DNA of 64,000 nucleotides from Verrucomicrobiia bacterium (GTDB lineage Bacteria; Verrucomicrobiota; Verrucomicrobiia; Limisphaerales; UBA8199): NCBI GenBank assembly GCA_035651635.1, contig DASRFK010000179.1, positions 41,686 to 105,685 of the forward strand, read 5' to 3'. Shown piece by piece: positions 56,357 to 64,000 of this stretch (position 1 is its first letter; each line of letters starts with the position of its first letter). The notes under the pieces were generated by a model. It saw only the letters and a program-made list of their open reading frames with translations, ran no database searches and was not told where the DNA came from. The position numbers and the translations under genes were made by a program.

Positions 56357-57013
56357 ATGGTTAAAATCACCTATTATCTCGAAGTGATTTCTTCGTGGTG
56401 TCATTGGGCGGAGCCGGCTTGGAGCCGTCTCAAAGAGGATTACCACGGACGAGTCCAGTTCGATTGGAAAATAGCGTTGATGCCGGCGGAAGGTTACCCG
56501 GTGTCGAGGGCCCAATGTGATTGGTTCTACCGTCGGAGCGGCTCGGTGATGCGCTCGCCGTACATGCTGAATTCCGGCTGGCTCGAGCCGGATATTAGAC
56601 AGTACCTGGCGCCGAACTATGTGGCCCTGGCCGCCCGGCAGTTAGGCATGACCGATGATCGCGTGCGTTTGGCTATCGCGAATGCCGGTGTGCGCGACGG
56701 CAAAAAGGTGGGACGGTGGGACGTGGCGGTTCAGGTCGCATCAGCCGTAGGAAAACTGGACAGTACAAAGCTGCTCGCCCTTGCCCAATCCCCCGAGATT
56801 GCTGCAGCTGCCCAGGCGAGCACAGCGGAGTTTTACGCGCTACAGGTCAACCAACGTCCCACTTTTCTGATTGAAAATGCCATTGGCGACCGGTCGGTGT
56901 TTTCCGGCATAGTGCGCGTGGAACCATTGGCGGCGGCCATTGACGCGCTACTGCACGATCAGGCGGCCTACGACTCGTGGAAGGCCCACTTCGGCGAAGT
57001 CCCTGCCCAATGA
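56357..57013 (+). CDS. DsbA-like thioredoxin-fold protein (2-hydroxychromene-2-carboxylate isomerase/DsbA family)
   Basis: 218 aa. Overall pattern of the DsbA_FrnE/HCCA-isomerase family. No canonical CxxC. Confidence 0.55.
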   Translation: MVKITYYLEVISSWCHWAEPAWSRLKEDYHGRVQFDWKIALMPAEGYPVSRAQCDWFYRRSGSVMRSPYMLNSGWLEPDIRQYLAPNYVALAARQLGMTDDRVRLAIANAGVRDGKKVGRWDVAVQVASAVGKLDSTKLLALAQSPEIAAAAQASTAEFYALQVNQRPTFLIENAIGDRSVFSGIVRVEPLAAAIDALLHDQAAYDSWKAHFGEVPAQ

Positions 57014-57031
57014 GGCTCGGCACCGCCTTCG

Positions 57032-58369
57032 GTGGAGGCGCGACCCCATGGGAGCCAACCTCGCGGGCAAAGTTGTATTAATCACTGGCCCTTCCGGCGG
57101 GATTGGGTCAGGGATAGCAAAGAAAACGTGCGGAACCGGATTCGATCGCTAGCGCCGCAGTCCCGATTGCTTTACCTGGGGTTTGCCTTTCCTCCCGGTG
57201 TGGCTGCGCTGCATCCGGGGATTAACCCGGCGGGACACGCGCTGGAAACCAGGCTGCTGGGCGAGTTGCGCAGTCAATTCGAGGTGCGCTCTGCCGGGAT
57301 ACTGCCGTTATTCCCTCCGATGCTCGAAGGCGCGGATCCGGCTTCAGGTGTGGCGCACGATTTGGTCCTGCTGGAAAAGCCGCCGGAATTGTTCCATCGC
57401 TATCGTTCGCTGGCTTGTCTGAAAGCGCAGTATCGGCGCTGGGTCGCCGAAGGGTGGGTGCCGGACGTTGTTTTGGTCTACAATCTCTCGCCAATTTATA
57501 ATCAGTTCCTGCTTTGGCTCGGGCGCAGGCCCAAATGTCCGAAGCTGGTTTTAATGCTGTTAGACAGCCCGAACCTGGGCGTGCCAAGCCAACCGTGGAA
57601 AAGGTTCCGGCGACGCTTTAAGCCAATGCACACTCCGGATGGCGAGATGCTCTCTCAATTCGACGCCTGCATCGGGTTGAGCAAGGCGACCGAGAAATAT
57701 TTTCGCCCGGGAAACGTGCCTTTTCTCTGGATGCCGGGCGCTTGTATTCCGTCCCGAGCGGTGAGCGGCGAGGGCGTGGGGTTCGCGCCGCGAAACGATT
57801 CGCTGCGACTGGGTTACTTTGGGGCTCTCGGAGATCACGCGGGAGTGCAGCCCTTGGTTGAAACCGTGCTCGAAACGGACTTCCCTGGCACCTTGGAAAT
57901 CTGCGGGTATGGCCGCCTGACCGAGCAGTTGGCCGGTTTAGCAGCGGCCAATCCGCGCCTGGTATTCCATGGCTTGCAGACTCCGGACCGCTGCTTGGCG
58001 TTTGGCCGCTCGTGTGACGTGCTGGTTAATCCGCGTCCGCCAAGCCACGGGAACGAGAATAATTTCTCGTCCAAGCTGTTTGATTACGCGCTGGCTGGGC
58101 GCGCCATTTTGACGAGCAACCTTTCGGGCGTCGAAGACGTGCTGGGGCCGGAGGCCTTTTATTTCGAGGCGCAGGAGTTCCGCGCAAGCCTGCGGCAGGC
58201 ACTCCACACGCTGGCGCGAATACCTCGCCCTGAACTGGACCGTCGGGGCGCCGCCGTTCAGCTGCGCGTGACCTCCGAATTTTCCTGGGCCCGACAGGGT
58301 GCTCGCGTGGGGACGTTTTTGCGAAGCGTTTGCGGCCAGCCGACGGAGGCCCAAATTGCCGCGGCTTAA
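57032..58369 (+). CDS. Glycosyltransferase family 1/4 (GT-B fold)
   Basis: C-terminal GT1 core (...VNPRPPSHGNENNFSSKLFDYALAGRAILTSN...). The true start may be internal. Confidence 0.7.
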   Translation: MEARPHGSQPRGQSCINHWPFRRDWVRDSKENVRNRIRSLAPQSRLLYLGFAFPPGVAALHPGINPAGHALETRLLGELRSQFEVRSAGILPLFPPMLEGADPASGVAHDLVLLEKPPELFHRYRSLACLKAQYRRWVAEGWVPDVVLVYNLSPIYNQFLLWLGRRPKCPKLVLMLLDSPNLGVPSQPWKRFRRRFKPMHTPDGEMLSQFDACIGLSKATEKYFRPGNVPFLWMPGACIPSRAVSGEGVGFAPRNDSLRLGYFGALGDHAGVQPLVETVLETDFPGTLEICGYGRLTEQLAGLAAANPRLVFHGLQTPDRCLAFGRSCDVLVNPRPPSHGNENNFSSKLFDYALAGRAILTSNLSGVEDVLGPEAFYFEAQEFRASLRQALHTLARIPRPELDRRGAAVQLRVTSEFSWARQGARVGTFLRSVCGQPTEAQIAAA

Positions 58370-58379
58370 GCCTGGAAAG

Positions 58380-59276
58380 TTAGTGTTTCCGCAGTTCCCA
58401 GCAGTTTGATTTGCTCGAAAAAACGCAGCGGTTGAGCAAACCTTGTTGTTTGGTAGCATACGCGTAGCGTCGCTGCAGAAACCGCAGTATTTTGCCGCTG
58501 CTCTTCAACCAAAATCCTTTCAGCGCTCCCGGAGGGTGGCCGCCATTGGCGATGAAGGATTGTTTGGCCTGACGGAGATATTCCTGCATCTGGACGGCAG
58601 TTTTTTGTCTTTCATGGCGCCGAAATCCTGCCAGAGGCACCGCCACGGAATAGAGTTCGGCTTGCCGGGCAAACTTCATCCACAAATCGAAGTCCCCGGC
58701 CAAGGACCATTTGGCATCGATGCGTCCGCCGATCTTTTCCCAAAGGGACCGGCGCCAAAAAGTCGATTCCTGCTGGATAAAGGTCGTTGAAGGCCACCGG
58801 CCGCCGAGCAAAGTGCCGCCCTGAAGGATCTGCTGCCGGGAGAAGCCCGGATGCAGGTCGCAGCTGACCGGCTGGCCGCGCTCGTCCCAAAAAAGATGGC
58901 AGAGCGAAGTGATCCATTCGACTTGGGGCAGCCCGATGGCCACATCCGCCAGGGTGGCAAAGGTCCAGGGAAGATACTTGTCATCAGAGTTAAGCCAGCC
59001 CATGATTTCGCCCGAGGTATGAGCAAAGCCTTTGTTGATGGCATCGTACTGACCCGCGTCGCCCTGGCTGACCCACCAGGCCAGGCGAGGAGCGTATTTT
59101 TTGATGATCTCAAGGCTGCCGTCGGTCGAGCCGCCGTCCACAATCACATATTCCAAGTTGGGGTAATTCTGATCGAGCACCGAGCGGATGGTCTGCTCAA
59201 GGAAGGCGGCCTGGTTGAAGGAAGGCGTTACGATGGAAATTCGCGGCGCCGAGGAATCGAGGCTCTTGATGGTCAT
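58380..59276 (-). CDS. Glycosyltransferase family 2
   Basis: N-terminal GT-A motif ([42 protein letters not shown]) including DxD-type residues. Start at ATG 59276. Confidence 0.8.
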   Translation of the reverse strand: MTIKSLDSSAPRISIVTPSFNQAAFLEQTIRSVLDQNYPNLEYVIVDGGSTDGSLEIIKKYAPRLAWWVSQGDAGQYDAINKGFAHTSGEIMGWLNSDDKYLPWTFATLADVAIGLPQVEWITSLCHLFWDERGQPVSCDLHPGFSRQQILQGGTLLGGRWPSTTFIQQESTFWRRSLWEKIGGRIDAKWSLAGDFDLWMKFARQAELYSVAVPLAGFRRHERQKTAVQMQEYLRQAKQSFIANGGHPPGALKGFWLKSSGKILRFLQRRYAYATKQQGLLNRCVFSSKSNCWELRKH

Positions 59277-59395
59277 AAGAACTCGCCCCCCCCGCTGCGG
59301 GAAAGAGCTCTCGGCTGCCTGGGGTATGGACCCCATATGGCGAGGGGTGACCGGTTCGTATTTTCCCCTGCGGTGTCCCACCCTGTTGAATCAAG

Positions 59396-60154
59396 ATGCC
59401 ACGCCTGACCGACACGGACCGCGAACGTTTCCGCCACTTGCAAAAACTTGGCTTGGAGTTGCGGCACTTTTTCGATGTCGGCGCCTCGATCGGCCGTTGG
59501 TCGAGCCGAATGAGCCAGGATTTCCCGCATGCCAGCTTTCATTTGTTTGAGCCGTTGATTGATCATTCTCCTGATTATCGCGTCAAGATGCAAACCACCT
59601 TGGCACGGCATCCAGATTTTCGGCTGCACAAGGTCGCCTTGGGAGCGGAGCGAAAACGGGCTCGAATGTTTTTATACCCGGACAATCTGGTCGGAAGCAC
59701 CGCCTTGCCGCTGGATTACCGACCGCCGGATGCGCGGGTGGTGGAGGTGGACATGCTCACGATTGACTATGTGGTTGAAGAATTCCAGTTGGGCGTGCCG
59801 CAGGTGATAAAAATGGATACCCAAGGTTGCGAGTTGGATATTTTGCAAGGCGCCAAAAAAACTTTGCCCCAGGTAGACGTGCTGCTGCTGGAATGCTGGT
59901 TGACGCGGGCTTACGGGCCATCGACTCCGCTGCTGCTGGAAGTAGCTCAGTGGCTGCGCCAATTCGGATTTCATCTTTGGGACCTGGGAAACGGCTGGCG
60001 GGATGGCAGTGGCGTGCTGGTGGCGCAGGATTGCCTGTTTCTCAATGCGCGTTGCCAAATCTCGCGGTTGCAAAACGAAGCGCTGGCTTCAGCGTCCCCG
60101 CCTCAGGAACTGCTGTTGCGGCGAATGCGAAACCTGTTGATCGGCCGGCCATGA
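59396..60154 (+). CDS. FkbM-family SAM-dependent methyltransferase
   Basis: FFDVGASIGRWS SAM-binding motif and the ...VIKMDTQGCELDIL... FkbM signature. Confidence 0.8.
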   Translation: MPRLTDTDRERFRHLQKLGLELRHFFDVGASIGRWSSRMSQDFPHASFHLFEPLIDHSPDYRVKMQTTLARHPDFRLHKVALGAERKRARMFLYPDNLVGSTALPLDYRPPDARVVEVDMLTIDYVVEEFQLGVPQVIKMDTQGCELDILQGAKKTLPQVDVLLLECWLTRAYGPSTPLLLEVAQWLRQFGFHLWDLGNGWRDGSGVLVAQDCLFLNARCQISRLQNEALASASPPQELLLRRMRNLLIGRP

Positions 60155-60217
60155 ACAAACTGGCTATTCGCAGCGAATCGATCGAGGCAAGCGACATTTG
60201 ATCCGTCATCTGAATCC

Positions 60218-62239
60218 ATGAGCTTGAAGAAAATCTGGAGAAAGTTTAAGCGCGATTCGCGCAAACAGGCCACACGCGATGTTCGGCCGCTGACCCGGAA
60301 CGCGCTGCGGGATGCCGATGCCATTATCACGACCAACGAGGTCTGCGACCGGCATGGCACCGGTGTGATTTTGCGAAGGATTTTCGGCAACTCGCCTAAC
60401 ATTCTTTCGATTCGTTCCAGCCGGCTGTATTCGGAGCACGCCTTGGGGCACGCGGAACTCTGTTTCGGGCATGAGGCATTGACACGAGCGGAGAGTTTTG
60501 AGCAGGTGCTCTCGGTGCTGAACGGGACGACGGTGCGGCGAGTGCTGTGTGTGCCGTTCATGGCGGACGAACTGACCACCGCCATCGTGCTCAAGGAACT
60601 TTTTAACGTTCCTCTGTGCATGTATTTGATGGATGACAATAATATCCATGCCCGGGGCATTCCGGATGAACTCATGCGTGAAGCTCTCGAAAAATCGGCT
60701 TTGCGCCTGGCAATCTCGCCAGAACTTCGCGACGCGTACGAACAGAAATATGGCCTCAAGTTTTGGGTGGTGCCTCCGGTGGTCGATGAGCGGGCGCTGC
60801 GCGAAAAAGCGGAAACGCCGACCGGGGCAGGTGCTCGCGGCCGAACCGGAGTCCTAATCGGGAGCGTTTGGAGCCGAGCGTGGCTAACTCAGCTTCGCCG
60901 GACCATTCGCGCCTCCGGACTGAAGATCGATTGGTACGGGAATACGAAAGCGCCGTGGCTGGAGGTTAACGCCGAAGAGTTGCAGCAGGATGGTATCAAC
61001 GACTGCGGGTTTCTGCCGGAACCTAAATTGACGGAACGGCTTCAAGAATACCTTTTTGCCCTCGTCCCAAGCGGGACCCTGGATGAAGCCGATGACCGCC
61101 CTGAAATCGCGCAACTGAGTTTGCCGACCCGCATGCCATACCTGCTGGCGGCATCCAACACGCCCATGATTGTGGTGGGAAGCGCACGAACGGCGGCGGC
61201 GGGCTTTCTTTCCCGATTTGAGGTTGGCAAGGTCTGTCCGTACGAGCCCTCAGCGCTGCGGCAAACAGTCCAGCAGATTTGCCGGCCGGAAGAACAGGCC
61301 AGACTCCGTAAAAATGCGGCGGCCGCCAGCGGTTTGTTTTCCGCCAAAGGCTTGGCCGACTGGATCTGGCGCTCGCTTGAGGCCGGTGAGCCGCGCGACG
61401 AGCGCTTCGAACGAGCCTTTTGCAGGCGCGCGGGCGAGGTGATACCTTACGTCGAGACGCCGGCCCCCAAGGACCTGCAAGGCGATTTCGCGTTGTTGTA
61501 TCAGGCCTTTCGGCGGTTGCATCGCCGCAACTACAGCCCGGATTTCATCATCGATGTGGGTGCCTCGACCGGAGTGTGGTCCAACACGGCCAAACGAATT
61601 TTCCCCAAAGCCCGTTTTATCCTGGTTGACCCTTTGCACTCGAAGTACGTGCGGATGAATGACTGGTTTTTCCGCAGTAACCCGGATTTTGAGACGATTG
61701 CCGCGGCTGTTTCCGATCGGCCTGGGGAAGCGGAATTGAATGTTTCGCCGGATTTGTACGGCAGTTCCCTGCTGCGGCCCAGCGACCAATCTGCCGGCGA
61801 AACAATCACGGTTCCGGTGGTGACACTGGACGACATCGCGGCGCAAAGAAAACTCAGCGGCCGGGGTTTGCTCAAGATCGATGTGCAGTTTACCGAACAC
61901 CTGGTGCTGGCGGGGGCCGAGCAGTTGCTTCATCAGGTTGATGTGTTGCTATTGGAATTGTCGCTCTTCCGCTATGCGCCGGAGGCGATGCTCTTTCCGG
62001 AGATGTGTGAATTGGTGCGGAGCCTGGGCTTCAACTATTTTGAGGATGTTGGCGGATGGCGTTCTCCGGTCGACGGCACGATGCTGCAGAAGGACGTGTT
62101 GTTTGTGCGTGACTCGCTTTTTGTGCAGGGGATGCATAAGCCCGCCAAACGCATTCCGGCGCCCTCCTCCGCGGAGTACGCCCGCGAGTCGGAGTCTTCG
62201 GTGCTGGCAGCCGCCGCACTTTACGAGCAAGTGCAATAA
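60218..62239 (+). CDS. Two-domain protein: N-terminal glycosyltransferase-like domain + C-terminal FkbM-family methyltransferase domain
   Basis: C-terminal ~230 aa contain FIIDVGASTGVWS and LLKIDVQFTEHLVL (FkbM). The N-terminal ~430 aa look like a GT-B-type transferase body. Fusion architecture inferred. Confidence 0.6.
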   Translation: MSLKKIWRKFKRDSRKQATRDVRPLTRNALRDADAIITTNEVCDRHGTGVILRRIFGNSPNILSIRSSRLYSEHALGHAELCFGHEALTRAESFEQVLSVLNGTTVRRVLCVPFMADELTTAIVLKELFNVPLCMYLMDDNNIHARGIPDELMREALEKSALRLAISPELRDAYEQKYGLKFWVVPPVVDERALREKAETPTGAGARGRTGVLIGSVWSRAWLTQLRRTIRASGLKIDWYGNTKAPWLEVNAEELQQDGINDCGFLPEPKLTERLQEYLFALVPSGTLDEADDRPEIAQLSLPTRMPYLLAASNTPMIVVGSARTAAAGFLSRFEVGKVCPYEPSALRQTVQQICRPEEQARLRKNAAAASGLFSAKGLADWIWRSLEAGEPRDERFERAFCRRAGEVIPYVETPAPKDLQGDFALLYQAFRRLHRRNYSPDFIIDVGASTGVWSNTAKRIFPKARFILVDPLHSKYVRMNDWFFRSNPDFETIAAAVSDRPGEAELNVSPDLYGSSLLRPSDQSAGETITVPVVTLDDIAAQRKLSGRGLLKIDVQFTEHLVLAGAEQLLHQVDVLLLELSLFRYAPEAMLFPEMCELVRSLGFNYFEDVGGWRSPVDGTMLQKDVLFVRDSLFVQGMHKPAKRIPAPSSAEYARESESSVLAAAALYEQVQ

Positions 62240-62388
62240 TAGCTTCCCCTCTCTCCAAACCGAAACTCGAAATCGGAAGGTCGAAAGAAATCCGAGGCCG
62301 AAACTCGAGTCTAAGTTTGGCCTGGGCTACGGTCTCTTTCTGGGTTTTTTGACTTGGCATTGCGTGCCGGACTCGCACTCTGACCAGC

Positions 62389-63186
62389 GTGATTCATCCG
62401 ACGGCCCTCGTAAGTCCCAAAGCCGAGCTTGATCCGACCGTAACGGTCGGGCCCTATGCGGTCATCGAGGCCGGGGTGCGTATTGGAGCTCACTCGATCA
62501 TTGGGCCGCATGCCTTTCTGACCGGCCAAACCGACATTGGGGAGCACAACGAGTTTTTTGCCGGCGCGGTCATTGGCGAAGCGCCGCAGGACCTGAAATA
62601 TCGCGGGGCTCCGACCGGTCTGTCAGTGGGCAGCCATAACGTTTTTCGCGAACACGTGACCGTGCATCGCTCAAACAAACCGGAAGACAAGACCGTCATC
62701 GGTTCACACAATTTTCTGATGGCCAACTCGCATGTTGGCCATAACTGCCGCGTGGGCGATAATGTGATATTAGCCAACGGCGCGCTCCTGGGCGGACACG
62801 TCGTCGTGCAAGACCGTGCTTTTATTTCGGGCAATTGCCTGGTGCACCAATTCGTGCGCGTGGGCGTGCTGGCCCTGATGCAAGGCGGTTCCGCCATCAG
62901 CAAGGATTTGCCGCCCTATACCATCGCGCGTGGAGACAACGGCATGTGCGGGCTGAACGTGGTGGGATTACGCCGGGCCGGGCTTAGCGCCGAGGAGCGC
63001 CTCGAGCTTAAGCAGTTATATCGGGCTCTGTTCCGGGCCGGAACAACACTTCGGGCGGCGCTCGGTGCAGCGCGAAAAGGATTCTCCAGTCCGCCCGCCA
63101 AAGCTCTGATTGAGTTTGTGGCCGGGGCAAAGCGGGGCCTCTGCTCAGACACCGGTTGGCGCAAAACGGAGGAGCTTAGCCCTTAG
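62389..63186 (+). CDS. lpxA: Acyl-ACP--UDP-N-acetylglucosamine O-acyltransferase
   Basis: Left-handed beta-helix hexapeptide repeats, N-terminal MIHPTALVSPKAEL..., and the typical LpxA C-terminal helical domain. Confidence 0.9.
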   Translation: MIHPTALVSPKAELDPTVTVGPYAVIEAGVRIGAHSIIGPHAFLTGQTDIGEHNEFFAGAVIGEAPQDLKYRGAPTGLSVGSHNVFREHVTVHRSNKPEDKTVIGSHNFLMANSHVGHNCRVGDNVILANGALLGGHVVVQDRAFISGNCLVHQFVRVGVLALMQGGSAISKDLPPYTIARGDNGMCGLNVVGLRRAGLSAEERLELKQLYRALFRAGTTLRAALGAARKGFSSPPAKALIEFVAGAKRGLCSDTGWRKTEELSP

Positions 63187-64000
63187 CCATCAGGTTTGCC
63201 AGCAACAGGGCCATCTCGACGGCCTGTTCATAATTGAGCCGCGGATCCAGCTGTGTCCGATAGTCCTTGCTGAGATCGGCCTCGGTAACGCCGCTGGCCC
63301 CGCCAATACACTCAGTGACGTTATCTCCGGTCAACTCGAAGTGCACTCCGCCCAGGTGCGCCCCGCAATCTCTCAGAATCCGATAGGCTTGTTCGAGTTC
63401 AGCGAGGATCTTTTCGAAGCGGCGGGTTTTGATGCCATTACTGAGGGTCTCGGTGTTGCCGTGCATCGGATCCGAGCACCAGAGAATTTGCCTGTTCTCG
63501 CGCCGCATAGTCTTGGCCAGGGCCGGCAAACAACGTGCAACTTCCGAGGCGCCGAAACGAAAGATGAAAGTCAGCCGGCCCGGTTCATTGTCCGGGTTCA
63601 ACACATCGGCCAGGGCCAGCGCATCGTCGGGAGTGACTTTCGGCCCGATCTTCACTCCGATGGGATTGGCGATGCCGCGGAAGAATTCAACGTGGGCGCC
63701 CTCCAGAGCGCGGGTGCGTTCACCAATCCAGGGGAAGTGCGTGGACAGGTCGTACCAGCCGGAACGTCGTGGCACTTGCCGCGTCTGAGCCTGCTCGTAT
63801 GGCAGGTGCAATCCTTCGTGGCTGGCGAAAAAATCCACCCGATTGATATCCGCCAGGACGCAGCCAGTGAGGGTCTCCATGAAACGAAGCGAGTCGCCAA
63901 TGCTCTGGACCATCCGCGTGTAATCGGCCGCGTGGGGAGATTTTGCCATGAACCCCACGTCCCAGTACTCGGGATGGTGCAGGTCGGCAAAGCCCCCCTC
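63176..64000 (-). CDS. 3-deoxy-7-phosphoheptulonate (DAHP) synthase, class II (AroAII), C-terminal ~270 aa; gene continues beyond window end
   Basis: Class II DAHPS signatures (KIGPK, CDPMHGNT, HFELTGDNVTECIGG, DPRLNYEQA). The reading frame stays open to the window edge. Confidence 0.85.
   Translation of the reverse strand, partial: EGGFADLHHPEYWDVGFMAKSPHAADYTRMVQSIGDSLRFMETLTGCVLADINRVDFFASHEGLHLPYEQAQTRQVPRRSGWYDLSTHFPWIGERTRALEGAHVEFFRGIANPIGVKIGPKVTPDDALALADVLNPDNEPGRLTFIFRFGASEVARCLPALAKTMRRENRQILWCSDPMHGNTETLSNGIKTRRFEKILAELEQAYRILRDCGAHLGGVHFELTGDNVTECIGGASGVTEADLSKDYRTQLDPRLNYEQAVEMALLLANLMAKG

Overview
High-GC (~60%) bacterial chromosomal segment. The gene content and prepilin-type motifs suggest a Verrucomicrobia/Planctomycetes/Acidobacteria-like organism. 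Most of the window is housekeeping. Housekeeping content: the rnpA-yidD-yidC-jag cluster; moeB, moeA, a purine nucleoside phosphorylase and two hybrid histidine kinases; an arsR-arsC-acr3 arsenic operon abutting a phoU-pstSCABB phosphate operon; proB, mazG, mqn (futalosine) genes, rplM-rpsI, argC, nadE and lpxA; a class II DAHP synthase (partial), a glycosyltransferase/FkbM-methyltransferase polysaccharide cluster and two tandem porin paralogs. Accessory or unusual content is listed below. (1) A 1007-aa cytoplasmic patatin-like phospholipase (ExoU-like architecture) immediately followed by a 130-aa CesT/SpcU-like class-I chaperone candidate, which looks like an effector-chaperone module. (2) A translationally coupled gspF-H-I-J-K pseudopilin operon. 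Its pseudopilins carry unusually long (>50 aa) N-terminal extensions with Ala at -1 of the prepilin motif, and heptamer and 14-mer tandem DNA repeats sit in their 5' regions. The operon ends with a secreted Ser/Pro/Asn-rich protein. (3) An ~0.9 kb insertion carrying an ORF6N/KilA-N gene, flanked by a ~165 bp diverged duplication of the mazG 3' end. (4) A PhoU fused to a catalytically degenerate LMW-PTP/ArsC-like domain, bridging the ars and pst operons. (5) A family of tandem octamer repeats (GTTATCAN/GTTRTCAGG) in at least four promoter-proximal intergenic regions. Manually derived coordinates of small motifs may be off by 1-2 nt.
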